DNA of 64,000 bases, taken from Spirochaetia bacterium. GTDB taxonomy: Bacteria > Spirochaetota > Spirochaetia > SZUA-6 > Bin103. The notes below the pieces were generated by a model. That model saw only the letters and a list, made by a program, of their open reading frames with translations, did no database searches and was not told the DNA's origin. Shown one piece after another: positions 1-9,479 of this stretch. Numbering within the stretch: position 1 is the first letter of the stretch; each line of letters starts with the position of its first letter. The stretch spans positions 7,424,001 to 7,488,000 of the forward strand of contig CBDBDQ010000005.1 in the NCBI GenBank assembly GCA_965203905.1, in the 5' to 3' direction. The position numbers and the translations under genes were made by a program.

Positions 1-1144
1 TGTGACTCTCCTTGGGCTCCGGGTAGTCGAACTTCTTGTTCAGCTTGTAGCGGCCTACCCGCCCCAGGTCGTACCTGCGGGGCGAAAAGAACATGCTGTG
101 CAGGTCTTTTTCGGCGCTCTCGATGGTGATCGGCTCACCCGGCTTGATCACCGCGTAGACGCGCGCTATCGCCTCCTCCTTGGACAGCTCATCGCGTTCG
201 CTGTCATCCTTGATCAGCTTGATCTCTTCGCGTTCGAAGCAGTTCAGGATGATCTGACTGTGCAGCGACTGGGGATGATCGAGATCGATGATCTCGACCG
301 TGCGAATCCCCGAATGGAGCAGCTCCTCGACATCGTGGGGATGAATCTTCTCACCCGCCCGGTACAGCTTCTTCTGCACCTCGCCGTCGCTGCGGTACAC
401 CGCCTTGGAAAACACGCTGCCGATGAGAGCTTCCTTGGCTTCCCCCGAATCGTCGATGGTGATCGACTTGGTCTGATAGAACAGCTCGATGATGCGCTCC
501 CGGCTGTCGAACCCGAGGGCCCGCAGAAAGATCGTCGCCAGCAGCCGCTTCTTGCGATCTATCTTGGCGAATATCAGTTCGTTCTTCTGATCTACCTCGA
601 ACTCGAGCCAGGAGCCGCGATACGGAATGATACGAGAGGTGTATGCCCCCTTCTCATGCGAGAAGATGACCCCCGGGGAGCGATGGATCTGACTCACCAC
701 TACCCGTTCGGCACCGTTGATGATGAAGGTGCCGCGCCCGGTCATGAGCGGGATGTCGCCCATGTAGATCTCTTTCTGACGAATCTCCCCGGTGCCCCAG
801 AAAACCAGATTGATCTTTGCCTTGAGCGGGATGACGTAGGAAAGGCCCTTGTTCTTGCACTCCTGCTCGGTGAGCTTGATTCCGGATTCGTCGAGGTTGT
901 AGCCGACGTACTCCAGCACCATGTCCCCGTTGGGACTCTCGATCGGGAATATCTCCTGGAACACCTCCTCGAGTCCCTGGAGGGCAGGCTCCTGCCCGAC
1001 CGCCAGCACCAGCCGCTGCAGAAAGCGCTCGTAGGAGGAAAGCTGGATATCGACCAGGTTGGGCATGGCGATGACGTCGTCGCGTCCGCGCCCGAGAAAC
1101 GTGCGCGCAATGCGCGTCGCAGCCATCGTGCTCGCAACATTCAT
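1..1144 (-). CDS. rpoB: DNA-directed RNA polymerase subunit beta (5' part, runs off the window)
   Basis: Manual translation: MNVASTMAATRIARTFLGRGRDDVIAMPNLVDIQLSSYERFLQ...YMGDIPLMTGRGTFIINGAERVVVSQIHRSPGV. Lies downstream of rplL. Alternative ATG at 1126. Confidence 0.97.
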   Translation of the reverse strand, partial: MNVASTMAATRIARTFLGRGRDDVIAMPNLVDIQLSSYERFLQRLVLAVGQEPALQGLEEVFQEIFPIESPNGDMVLEYVGYNLDESGIKLTEQECKNKGLSYVIPLKAKINLVFWGTGEIRQKEIYMGDIPLMTGRGTFIINGAERVVVSQIHRSPGVIFSHEKGAYTSRIIPYRGSWLEFEVDQKNELIFAKIDRKKRLLATIFLRALGFDSRERIIELFYQTKSITIDDSGEAKEALIGSVFSKAVYRSDGEVQKKLYRAGEKIHPHDVEELLHSGIRTVEIIDLDHPQSLHSQIILNCFEREEIKLIKDDSERDELSKEEAIARVYAVIKPGEPITIESAEKDLHSMFFSPRRYDLGRVGRYKLNKKFDYPEPKESH

Positions 1145-1216
1145 CGTGCTTGTGTGACTCCTGGATATAGGTGTCCAGTGCCGCCGGTAACGACCTGCCG
1201 GTGAAGTGAGACACCA

Positions 1217-1271
1217 CAGCCGCAGTGCGGCTGCAACTGGGATACGGAGCCGGCGAAGGGGCATCGCCGGC
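1217..1271 (-). terminator. Two GC-rich hairpins in the rplL-rpoB spacer (possible attenuator or processing signals)
   Basis: CAGCCGCA-G-TGCGGCTG at 1217-1233 and GCCGGCGA-N7-TCGCCGGC at 1249-1271; no clear U-tract. Confidence 0.4.
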
Positions 1272-1296
1272 ACAGGTAGAAGCGCTTGGTAGCCGT

Positions 1297-1686
1297 TTAC
1301 TGGACCTCGACGGTGCCGCCGGCGGTCTCCAACTGGTCTTTCAGTTTTTCCGCTTCCTCCTTGGAAACAGCTTCCTTGATCGGTCTGTCCTGAGTCTCCA
1401 CGAGCTGCTTGGCCTCCTTGAGACCCAGGCCCGTGATTGCCCGCACTTCTTTGATGATGGGGATCTTCTTGCCGGCATCGAAGCCCTTCAGCAGCACCGT
1501 GAACTCGGTTTGCTCTTCCTCTTCCTCGGCGGCGTCGGCGCCGGCGGCGGGGGCAGCCGCTACTGCTACGGGAGCCGCGGCGCTCACCCCGAACTTGTCT
1601 TCGAACGCCTTCACCAGCTCCGAGACCTCAAGCACGCTCATGCTCGAAATCGCGTCGATTATCTGCTCAGTGGAAAGTGCAGCCAT
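1297..1686 (-). CDS. rplL: 50S ribosomal protein L7/L12
   Basis: [27 protein letters not shown]...[24 protein letters not shown] signature. Confidence 0.98.
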   Translation of the reverse strand: MAALSTEQIIDAISSMSVLEVSELVKAFEDKFGVSAAAPVAVAAAPAAGADAAEEEEEQTEFTVLLKGFDAGKKIPIIKEVRAITGLGLKEAKQLVETQDRPIKEAVSKEEAEKLKDQLETAGGTVEVQ

Positions 1687-1722
1687 CTGTTGTCTCTCCT
1701 ATGTCTCCTTGTGAATTGGTGT

Positions 1723-2277
1723 CTAACCTGTTTCGTCTTGGTTCGCTTTCGTCTGTTCGGCCTTCTGGTCGGCGACCGCCTGCAGGACCCGTGCCACCCG
1801 TTCCACCGCTGCGCGCAGGACGTAGGCGAGACCGCGCACGGGGCCGTTCATGGCGCCCATCAGCAGCGCCAGGAGCTGGTCGCGGCTCGGCAGCCGTGAC
1901 AGCGCCACCACCTCCTGCGGGCCGATCGCCTTGCCGTCGACATATCCGCCCTTCACCTTGACCGGCGCGTTGCGACCGAAGTCCAGCAGCGCCTTGGAGA
2001 CCGCGGCCACGTCGTCGCGTACCAGTGCCAGCGCCGTGGGTCCGGTCAGGTACTCGTCGGTTCCCTCACGCCCCAGCTGTTGCAACGCAATCTTGGTATA
2101 CCGGTTCTTGACCACCGAGTAGCGCGCGCTGCTGGCGCGCAGCAGACCGCGCAACTCCGTAATCTGGCTGACCGACAGGCCGCGGAAGTCGGAGAAATAG
2201 ACATTCGGATACTCCTCCAGCGCCGCCTTCAGCGCCGCCACCTGGTCGATCTTGTACTGTTGCACGCCCTCAGCCAT
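1723..2277 (-). CDS. rplJ: 50S ribosomal protein L10
   Basis: [14 protein letters not shown]...VVKN...LTGPTALA...[12 protein letters not shown]; start taken at MAEGVQQYK, overlapping the rplA stop. Confidence 0.96.
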   Translation of the reverse strand: MAEGVQQYKIDQVAALKAALEEYPNVYFSDFRGLSVSQITELRGLLRASSARYSVVKNRYTKIALQQLGREGTDEYLTGPTALALVRDDVAAVSKALLDFGRNAPVKVKGGYVDGKAIGPQEVVALSRLPSRDQLLALLMGAMNGPVRGLAYVLRAAVERVARVLQAVADQKAEQTKANQDETG

Positions 2278-2956
2278 GGGCCACCGATTCCTGCTCCACC
2301 CTGATGCCGGGTCCCATGGTCGAGCTGACGGCCACGGAGGCGATGAATTCTCCCTTGAGGTCGGGCGGCCGGCGCTTGCCGATCTCGTCGAGGAGCGCGG
2401 AAACGTTCTCACCGACCGGCTCCGGGTCCATCGACGCCTTGCCGACCGCCATGTGCACCACGCCGGTCTTGTCGGCGCGGAACTCCACCCGCCCGCGCTT
2501 GAGCTCCGCGATCGCGGCGCTCAGATCATTGGTAACGGTACGCGTCTTCGGGTTGGGCATCAGCCCTCTGCGGCCGAGCACCGGTCCCAACCTGCCGACG
2601 TGGCGCATCATGTCCGGCGTGGCCACGGCCACGTCGAAGTCCAGCCAGCCGCCGCGGATCTTTTCGACCAGATCCTCCGCGCCGACGTGAGCGGCCCCGG
2701 CGGCCTGCGCCTCTTGCGCCTTCTCATCGCGGGCGAACACCAGGATCCGCTGCTCCGCCTGAAACCCGTGCGGCAGCACGGTGGTGTCACGCACCGTCTG
2801 GTTGCCCTTGATGTTGAGCTTGACATGGCACTCCACGGTCTCGTCGAAGTTCGCGGAAGAGTTGCTCTTGACCATGGCGAGGGCTTCCGCGAGGGGATAG
2901 CTGCGGGCGCGGTCCAGCCGCTCCGCGGCCGCCCGGTAGCGCTTGCTGCGTGGCAT
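2270..2956 (-). CDS. rplA: 50S ribosomal protein L1
   Basis: FDETVE...[12 protein letters not shown]...[15 protein letters not shown]...SSTMGPG. Confidence 0.98.
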   Translation of the reverse strand: MPRSKRYRAAAERLDRARSYPLAEALAMVKSNSSANFDETVECHVKLNIKGNQTVRDTTVLPHGFQAEQRILVFARDEKAQEAQAAGAAHVGAEDLVEKIRGGWLDFDVAVATPDMMRHVGRLGPVLGRRGLMPNPKTRTVTNDLSAAIAELKRGRVEFRADKTGVVHMAVGKASMDPEPVGENVSALLDEIGKRRPPDLKGEFIASVAVSSTMGPGIRVEQESVAHG

Positions 2957-2961
2957 CTGCT

Positions 2962-3393
2962 TCAGTCCTCCACCGTTACGCCCATGCTGCGGGCAGTGCC
3001 GGCTATCACCTTGGACGCCGCCTGCAGATCATTGGCGTTGAGATCCTGCATCTTGCGGGTCGCGATTTCCTCGAGCGCGGCACGACTGATGACGCCGACC
3101 TTGGTGCGGTTCGATTCCGGCGATCCCTTGTCGAGACCGATCGCCTTCTTGATCAGCACCGCGGCCGGCGGCGTCTTGATCTCGAAGCTGAAGGTACGGT
3201 CGGCGAAGACCGTAATCACGACCGGGACCGTCAGGCCCGGCTCCTCGCTCTTGGTGCGGTCGTTGAACTGCTGCACGAATTGCGGCGCGCTCACACCGTG
3301 TGGACCCAGTGCCGGTCCCACCGGCGGTGCCGGCGTCGCCTGCCCCGCGGGCACCTGCAACTTGATGACTGCGTTGACGCGTTTCTTGGCCAT
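2962..3393 (-). CDS. rplK: 50S ribosomal protein L11
   Basis: MAKK...[20 protein letters not shown]...IAGTARSMG. Confidence 0.98.
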   Translation of the reverse strand: MAKKRVNAVIKLQVPAGQATPAPPVGPALGPHGVSAPQFVQQFNDRTKSEEPGLTVPVVITVFADRTFSFEIKTPPAAVLIKKAIGLDKGSPESNRTKVGVISRAALEEIATRKMQDLNANDLQAASKVIAGTARSMGVTVED

Positions 3394-3406
3394 GCTTGCT
3401 CCTGAC

Positions 3407-3961
3407 TTACACCTTCTCCACCTGGAGAAAGTCCAGCTCCACCGGCGTCGAGCGGCCAAAGATGCCCACCGACACCCGCAGCTTGCCCTTCTCCAGGTTG
3501 ACTTCCTCTACGGTACCGGTAAAGGAGTCGAACGGGCCGTCGACGATGCGCACCGACTCGCCGAGCGAGAAGGACTGCCGCGGCCGCATCATGCGATCGG
3601 TCTTGATGGCGCCCGACTTCTGCAGTATCGAACGCACCTCGTCACCGGAAATCGGCTGCGGCTTGCGGCCGGTCTGTGCTCCCACGAAGGCCGTCACTCC
3701 CTGAATCCGGCGGATCGAGGAGGTCAGCTCCTTCCAGCGCGCGTCGCCCAGATCCATCTCCAGGAGAATGTAGCCGGGCAGGAACTTCTTGGAGGTGACG
3801 CGCTTCTTGCCGTCCCTGACCTCGACCACCTCTTCCTGGGGCACCTTGACGTCGAACAGCTGCTCCTTGAACTCCTGGCTCTCCATGAGGCGAGTCAGGT
3901 GCTTCTGCACCTTGTTCTCGTAACCTGAATAGGTGTGAACTACGTACCAGCCTTTCGCCAT
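3407..3961 (-). CDS. nusG: Transcription termination/antitermination factor NusG
   Basis: [14 protein letters not shown]...PGYIL...KOW motif [11 protein letters not shown]...[12 protein letters not shown]. Confidence 0.98.
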   Translation of the reverse strand: MAKGWYVVHTYSGYENKVQKHLTRLMESQEFKEQLFDVKVPQEEVVEVRDGKKRVTSKKFLPGYILLEMDLGDARWKELTSSIRRIQGVTAFVGAQTGRKPQPISGDEVRSILQKSGAIKTDRMMRPRQSFSLGESVRIVDGPFDSFTGTVEEVNLEKGKLRVSVGIFGRSTPVELDFLQVEKV

Positions 3962-4006
3962 TTCGTGCTCGTCGGGTTACCTCAACCTGCGTCGCGTACC
4001 GGTCTT

Positions 4007-4186
4007 CTAAAAGATGAAATCGATGGCCTGGAAGAAAACGAAGTCGACGATTCCCAGAGCCAGAGCGATCAGGGCGACCGATATCAGTACTATCCTGGTT
4101 GAGTTTCCAACCTCCTCACGACTCGGCCACGACACCTTGCGCAACTCGGCATAGCTCTCGCGAAAAAACTGAACGATGCGCTTCAC
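4007..4186 (-). CDS. secE: Preprotein translocase subunit SecE (59 aa, below the ORF-track cutoff)
   Basis: Manual translation from GTG: MKRIVQFFRESYAELRKVSWPSREEVGNSTRIVLISVALIALALGIVDFVFFQAIDFIF. ELRKVSWP motif; sits between tRNA-Trp and nusG. Confidence 0.95.
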   Translation of the reverse strand: MKRIVQFFRESYAELRKVSWPSREEVGNSTRIVLISVALIALALGIVDFVFFQAIDFIF

Positions 4187-4240
4187 AGCCCCTCACACGC
4201 TCGCATTTTTGCTTCCGCACCTACCTGCCGACAGGCGCTC

Positions 4241-4314
4241 CAGGCCAGGCAGGATTCGAACCTGCAACATCCGGTTTTGGAGACCGGCGCTCTGCCAATT
4301 GGAGCTACTGGCCT
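4241..4314 (-). tRNA. tRNA-Trp (CCA)
   Basis: AGGCCAG-TAGCTCCAATTGGCAGAGC-GCCGGT-CTCCAAA-ACCGG...GGTTCGAATCC...CTGGCCT-G cloverleaf; 3' CCA not encoded. Confidence 0.96.
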
Positions 4315-4459
4315 TTGCTGCTCCAGCCGCCCACCGTCAGCAGGCGCCGGACTACCACCCGCGGCGGACCAGCCCCGCGACGGACCGGTCGCCAGCGTAC
4401 ACCCGAGCCCGGTGCGTCCTGTCCCCGGCGCAACCAACGATCGCGCCGCCCGGGAGGCC

Positions 4460-4651
4460 CTACTTGACCCGGCCCTCCCGATGCCGCGCATGGGTGCGAC
4501 AACGCGGACAGTACTTCATCAGTTCCAGCTTTCCCTGCACCGTGCGGCGGTTCTTGGGAGTCGTGTAATTGCGCACACGGATTCCATTGGTTGCCTCGGA
4601 GCACGGCACACACTCCAACGACACCAACTCGACAACTTTCGCCTTGGCCAT
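4460..4651 (-). CDS. rpmG: 50S ribosomal protein L33 (CxxC...CxxC zinc-binding type)
   Basis: MAKAKVVELVSLECVPC...RNYTTPKNRR...KLELMKYCPRCRTH. Confidence 0.95.
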   Translation of the reverse strand: MAKAKVVELVSLECVPCSEATNGIRVRNYTTPKNRRTVQGKLELMKYCPRCRTHARHREGRVK

Positions 4652-4713
4652 CCTACGGAGATCTCCACCTCTTGTCGGAAGCGAGAATATAGACCCCTGA
4701 TCAAGAAAAGACA

Positions 4714-4786
4714 AGCCCCCGACCGGACTTGAACCGGTGACCCCCACCTTACCATGGTGGTGCTCTGCCAACTGAGCTACAGAGGC
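4714..4786 (-). tRNA. tRNA-Thr (GGT)
   Basis: GCCTCTG-TAGCTCAGTTGGCAGAGC-ACCACC-ATGGTAA-GGTGG...GGTTCAAGTCC...GGGGGC-T; CCA not encoded. Confidence 0.95.
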
Positions 4787-4900
4787 CGGACATACTCAGA
4801 AGCCACCGCAAGCGGACCGACCCAGCAGCGGATCAACCCGGCAGCGGATCAACGGCCCCTTCCCTCCAGGAGCGGCGCCGCATGGCTCCTCCAGTGAGGC

Positions 4901-4930
4901 AAGCTACTCAGCCTCCCACCGCCGTGTCAA
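4901..4930 (-). promoter_or_regulatory. Putative sigma70 promoter for tRNA-Thr/rpmG/secE/nusG
   Basis: TTGACA-N18-TAGCTT on the minus strand, overlapping the rsmD 3' end. Confidence 0.55.
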
Positions 4931-5492
4931 CGGTACCCCGGACAACACGTTCGAAGATGCACACCGCGGAACCGCCGTAGCGGCGGCGCTCGAGGCAGGC
5001 GAATCCCGGTGCGCCCGGCAGCGCCTCCTGAACCGGCAGGTGGAGCAGCACCAGGGCGCGGTCGCGCAGCAGGGCGCCGTCACCCAGCGCCGCCAGCAGT
5101 TCCGCCTTGTAGCGATAGCCAAACGGCGGATCGACGAAGGCCAGATCCCACCCGCCACCGGCGGCGCGACGCGCTCGGGCAAGGAAGCGTTCGCAGGGTG
5201 AGATGTGGATACGCACTGCCGCACTCACGAAGCTGGTGTTGCGCCGCAAGCAGGTGCGCTTGCGCGGGTCTCGCTCCACCAGTGTGACGCTGGCTGCTCC
5301 CCGCGACGCCGCCTCCACCGCCACGCTGCCGGAGCCGCTGAACAGGTCCAGGAAGTGCGCCCCCTCCATGACCACACCACGCGCCGCCAGCACGTTGAAC
5401 AGCGCCTCGCGCATCCGGTCGGTGGTCGGGCGCACCGGGGGCGGCGGGACCTCCAGGCGCCGGCCACGATAGCGGCCACCGGTAACGCGCAT
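4908..5492 (-). CDS. rsmD: 16S rRNA m2G966 methyltransferase RsmD
   Basis: MRVTGGRYRGRRL...RPTTDRMREALFN...LDLFSGSG...EAASRGA...DPPF. Confidence 0.95.
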   Translation of the reverse strand: MRVTGGRYRGRRLEVPPPPVRPTTDRMREALFNVLAARGVVMEGAHFLDLFSGSGSVAVEAASRGAASVTLVERDPRKRTCLRRNTSFVSAAVRIHISPCERFLARARRAAGGGWDLAFVDPPFGYRYKAELLAALGDGALLRDRALVLLHLPVQEALPGAPGFACLERRRYGGSAVCIFERVVRGTVDTAVGG

Positions 5493-5497
5493 GCCGG

Positions 5498-7567
5498 CTA
5501 ATCTCCCGCGCCGGCCGCGCGCGGCGTGCCGGGCGCGGCGCATGCGTTGCGGGCGTCGCGCCGCGCCTGCTGCGCAAGCGCCAGATCGCGTCCCAGGTCG
5601 GCCACCCGCAGCTCCGGCATACCGGCTTGCCGCAGGCCGAGCAGCTCGCCCGGTCCCCGCAGCGTCAAGTCGCGTTCGGCGATCTCGAAGCCGTCGGCGG
5701 ACTCCTTCAGCGCCCGCAGCCGCGCCGCCCCGGTGGCGGCCAGCGACGCCGAATAGAGGAGAAACGCGTAGCCCTGGCGAGGCCCTCGCCCGACGCGGCC
5801 GCGCAACTGGTGCAGGGTCGCCAGCCCGAACCGCTCGGCTCCCAGCACCACCATGCCGGAAGCGTTGCTCACGTCCACGCCTACCTCCACCACGGTGGTC
5901 GCCACCAGCACCGCCAGCTCACCATTGCGGAACGCCTCCATGGCGTCATGCTTCTGCTGCTCGGGCATGGCACCGTGGATCAGCCCCACGCCGAACTCCG
6001 GGAAGACCTCGGTGGTCAGCGTAGCGTGCAACGACACGGCGTCGGGAATCGGCGCGGGCGGCGCCCCGCCGTCATCCGGTGCCGGATCGGAGCCGCTGCC
6101 GTCGGCCGCCGGAGACTCCCCGATTCTGGGTGCGACGAAGTAAGCCTGCCCGCCGCCAGCCAGTTCCCGCCGCACCCGTGCCAACACCTCGGGCAGCCGA
6201 TCGCTGCGTGCCAGGTGGGTACGTACGGGGAGACGTCCGGGCGGCAACTGTCGAATCAGCGACAACTCCAGGTCGCCGTACACCGTCAGGGCGAGGGAAC
6301 GCGGGATCGGGGTCGCCGTCATGAGCAGGAGATCGGCTCCCGGGTTGCGCTCCAGCAGGTGGCGGCGCTGCGCTACGCCGAACCGGTGCTGCTCATCCAC
6401 GATCACCAGTCCCAGACGTCCGAACGCCACGTCACCCTGCAACAGTGCATGGGTGCCGACCAGGAGGTCGATTTGCCGGGCTCGCAGCGCGGCGAGCAAG
6501 TCCTGCCGCCCCGCGCGGCGCCCGCGGCTGGCGTCGGGAGCCGTGTTGCCCGTCAGCAGCGCCACGTTGATTCCGCAGGGAGCGAGCACGCCGGCGGCCG
6601 TTCGAGCGTGCTGCCGGGCGAGCAACTCGGTCGGGACGATCAGCGCCACCTGCTGCTGCGCCTCGATGACACAGGCGGCGGCCAGCAACGCTACCAGCGT
6701 CTTGCCACAGCCAACCTCCCCCTGCAGCAGGCGCGCGCCGGGCAGCGGCGCGCGCAGCCCGGCGGCGATCTCACGGCATACCGTCTCCTGGTCGCCGGTC
6801 AGCGCAAACGGCAGCCCGCGGAGCACCCGGTCGGACAACGCACCGGAAAAGTAGCGCGGCGCCCTTCGCGGCGGCTGCCGCCGGTGCAGAGCGAACTGCA
6901 GTTGCAGCAACTCGGCGTAGGCCACCGAGGTACGCGCGTGGCGCAGTGCCGCGCTATCGTCGGGGAAGTGCAGCGCTCGTATCGCGGCCGCCACCGGCAG
7001 CAGGCCGCGGCGTCTGCAGTAGCTGTCCCAGGGTGTCTCCAGCCCCTGCAGGCAGGTACACGCGGCGAGCATGGTCCGGCGCAGCAGCGCCGGGCGCACG
7101 CCCTCGGCAAGGGGGTAGACGGGTATGATGCGACCGAAGCTCGCCGCATCGGCGCCACGCTGCAGCTCGAACGTGCCCGCCTCCAGCGCCGTGCCGCGAC
7201 GTTCGAACACGGCCGCTACCGTGATCCGGGTACCGACCGGAAGGGAGCGGGCCAGAAACCGGCGGCCGAAACAGAGCAGCGCCGCGCTTGCCGGCTCCCC
7301 GGACTGCCCGGCGCCAAGCTCCAGCCGCAGGTGGCGGCCGCGCGGGCCAAACCAGCGGTGTGCCGTCACGGTCGCCTGCACCACTACCGGCCGCCCCGGC
7401 AGCACCGAGGACAGTGGTGTGAATCGGCTGCGATCCTCGTGGGCGCGTGGGAAGTGCTCCAGCAAGTCGCCCACCGTCGCCAAACCCAGACGCGCCAAGG
7501 CCCGCGCCGTGGCCGGGCCCACCCCCGGCAGGCTGGTCAACGGCGCGGTCAGGGTCGCCAGCAACAC
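5498..7567 (-). CDS. recG: ATP-dependent DNA helicase RecG
   Basis: RLLQGEVGCGKT, DEQHRFG, MTATPIPRSL, VVEVGVDV, LHQLRGRVGRG, DLTLRGPGE. Confidence 0.97.
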   Translation of the reverse strand: MLLATLTAPLTSLPGVGPATARALARLGLATVGDLLEHFPRAHEDRSRFTPLSSVLPGRPVVVQATVTAHRWFGPRGRHLRLELGAGQSGEPASAALLCFGRRFLARSLPVGTRITVAAVFERRGTALEAGTFELQRGADAASFGRIIPVYPLAEGVRPALLRRTMLAACTCLQGLETPWDSYCRRRGLLPVAAAIRALHFPDDSAALRHARTSVAYAELLQLQFALHRRQPPRRAPRYFSGALSDRVLRGLPFALTGDQETVCREIAAGLRAPLPGARLLQGEVGCGKTLVALLAAACVIEAQQQVALIVPTELLARQHARTAAGVLAPCGINVALLTGNTAPDASRGRRAGRQDLLAALRARQIDLLVGTHALLQGDVAFGRLGLVIVDEQHRFGVAQRRHLLERNPGADLLLMTATPIPRSLALTVYGDLELSLIRQLPPGRLPVRTHLARSDRLPEVLARVRRELAGGGQAYFVAPRIGESPAADGSGSDPAPDDGGAPPAPIPDAVSLHATLTTEVFPEFGVGLIHGAMPEQQKHDAMEAFRNGELAVLVATTVVEVGVDVSNASGMVVLGAERFGLATLHQLRGRVGRGPRQGYAFLLYSASLAATGAARLRALKESADGFEIAERDLTLRGPGELLGLRQAGMPELRVADLGRDLALAQQARRDARNACAAPGTPRAAGAGD

Positions 7568-7571
7568 CTCG

Positions 7572-8168
7572 CTAGGAGAGCGAGAACAGGTATCTCACCA
7601 GGAACTCGGTGACGACGCGTCCTACGATCCATATCCCGAACAGGATCACGATGGTGATCAGGAGATAGTTCGCCTCGCTGCCGTTCTCGCCCAGCGGGAT
7701 GTAGCGCGCCACGGTGCGCACGGGAGCCTGCGCCAGGGCATGCACCATGCGCGCCATCGGCGTGTCGGTGCGGCCGAGGAAACGCAGGGTCACGAAGCGC
7801 GCGACACAGGCCACCAGCAGCACCAGCACGATGATCGACGCCATGCGCCACGCGGCGAACACCGATACCCCCAGGAAGTAGCCGGCCGTGACCTGCTGCT
7901 GATTGGCCAACTGCCGGGTCATCTCGGAGGCCACCACCAGCACGAAGATGCCGGCCAGTGGGGTGAAGTCCATCCCGCCGGCACGCAGGAAGGTGAAGCG
8001 CTGGAAGAGCTGGAGGTAGGGGTCGGTAGCCTGGCGCAGGTAGCTGGTGAGGGTGTTTGCCGCCCCGCCCGGCGACACCCCGCGAAACCAGGACGCCATG
8101 ATGCGCAGCACGATCAGCAGCATGTAGGCGATCAGGGCTACGTTGATGACGCGAAAGAAATCCTGCAT
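7572..8168 (-). CDS. yggT: YggT family membrane protein
   Basis: R..ASWF...ATDPYL...MDFTPL motif; two hydrophobic repeats. Confidence 0.8.
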   Translation of the reverse strand: MQDFFRVINVALIAYMLLIVLRIMASWFRGVSPGGAANTLTSYLRQATDPYLQLFQRFTFLRAGGMDFTPLAGIFVLVVASEMTRQLANQQQVTAGYFLGVSVFAAWRMASIIVLVLLVACVARFVTLRFLGRTDTPMARMVHALAQAPVRTVARYIPLGENGSEANYLLITIVILFGIWIVGRVVTEFLVRYLFSLS

Positions 8169-8180
8169 GGTTTGCGGCCG

Positions 8181-9479
8181 CTAATCAGGCCCATCGGGAA
8201 GTATGCGATAGAAACGCGACTCGGAAAAGATACCGGGCGCGGTCCGGATGGCGTCGAGAGCGGCCCGTGCGCGCTGCTCGGCCACGGGGTCCACCAGCAC
8301 GTAGAGATCCGACGGTTGCTCGGGATCTTCCCACTTCTGGTGCACCGACTCGATGTTGATCCCGTGCTCGGCCAACAACCCCGTCACCTGGGCCCAGATG
8401 CCCGGTCGGTTCTCGGTGACGAAGTGGAAGTAGTAGCGGAACGTGAGCTGCTCCGAGGGAAACAGTTCGCGCGGTGCCGCCGCGGGCTCGGCCGCGGCAC
8501 CACCCGCCAGCAGGTCGGTCAGGTCGGCGGCCACCGACGACGCGGTCGGCTCGCCGCCGGCGCCGCGGCCGATGAGCACCGACGGCCCCTGGAAGTCGGA
8601 ATCGATGAGCACCGCGTTGAACTCGTTGCCCACGCCCGCCAGGGGATGGTGCTCGGCAACCAGGGCGGGGAACACCGCCACCGAGGTCAACCCGTCGATG
8701 ATCCGGCCCATCGCCACCAGCTTGAAGACGAACCCCGACATACCGGCGAAGGCTACGTCCTTCGCGGTCACACTCTCGATTCCGTCCCACATCGCGTCCC
8801 GGTAGCGACACCAGCCGCCGAACGCCAGGCTGCTGAGAATCGCCATCTTCTGCACCGCGTCGGTGCCGTCGACGTCCAGGGTAGGATCGGCTTCGGCGAA
8901 ACCGTGTTCCTGGGCCTCGGCCAGAGCCTCCGCAAACGACGCCCCGGCCTGCGTCATGCGCGTCAGGATGTAGTTGGTGGTGCCGTTGACGATGCCGGTG
9001 AGGCTGCGGATGCGGTTTGCACTCAGGCTCTCGCGAATCACCTTGATCACCGGGATGCCGCCGCATACCGACGCCTCGAAGCGAAGCTGCACGCCCTGGC
9101 GGTGGGCCAGCGCCAGCAGTTGGTCGCCGGACTCGGCGATCAACGCCTTGTTGGCGGTGATGACGTGCTTGCCGGCACGGATGGCGGCGGTTATGAGCTC
9201 GCGCGGCTGCTCCACGCCCCCCATCAGTTCCACGACCACGTCGACCGCGGGATCCGCCAGCACGTCGCGGTAACCCTGCACCAGCAAACCGGGGGGCACC
9301 GCGCGCGGCTTGTTCAGGTCGGACACACCGACGCGCACCAGCTCCACGCGCACGCCGAAGCGGCGCGTCCACACCTCGCCGTTGGACGCAATGAGGCGCG
9401 CGAAGGCCCCTCCCGCGGTTCCCAACCCCACCAGACCGATACCGATCCGGCGTACCGTACTGCTGCCTTGCTGACTCAT
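8181..9479 (-). CDS. hom: Homoserine dehydrogenase with C-terminal ACT domain
   Basis: GLGTAG, HVITANKA, FEASVCGGIP, GIVNGTTNYIL, GFAEADP, GRGAGGEPTASSV; ACT domain (NRPGIWAQV). ATGA overlap with dnaE. Confidence 0.95.
   Translation of the reverse strand: MSQQGSSTVRRIGIGLVGLGTAGGAFARLIASNGEVWTRRFGVRVELVRVGVSDLNKPRAVPPGLLVQGYRDVLADPAVDVVVELMGGVEQPRELITAAIRAGKHVITANKALIAESGDQLLALAHRQGVQLRFEASVCGGIPVIKVIRESLSANRIRSLTGIVNGTTNYILTRMTQAGASFAEALAEAQEHGFAEADPTLDVDGTDAVQKMAILSSLAFGGWCRYRDAMWDGIESVTAKDVAFAGMSGFVFKLVAMGRIIDGLTSVAVFPALVAEHHPLAGVGNEFNAVLIDSDFQGPSVLIGRGAGGEPTASSVAADLTDLLAGGAAAEPAAAPRELFPSEQLTFRYYFHFVTENRPGIWAQVTGLLAEHGINIESVHQKWEDPEQPSDLYVLVDPVAEQRARAALDAIRTAPGIFSESRFYRILPDGPD

Noticed and set aside
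1124-1150. 9-bp direct repeat CATCGTGCT giving two in-frame rpoB ATGs
   Set aside because: Short; it only creates start-site ambiguity.
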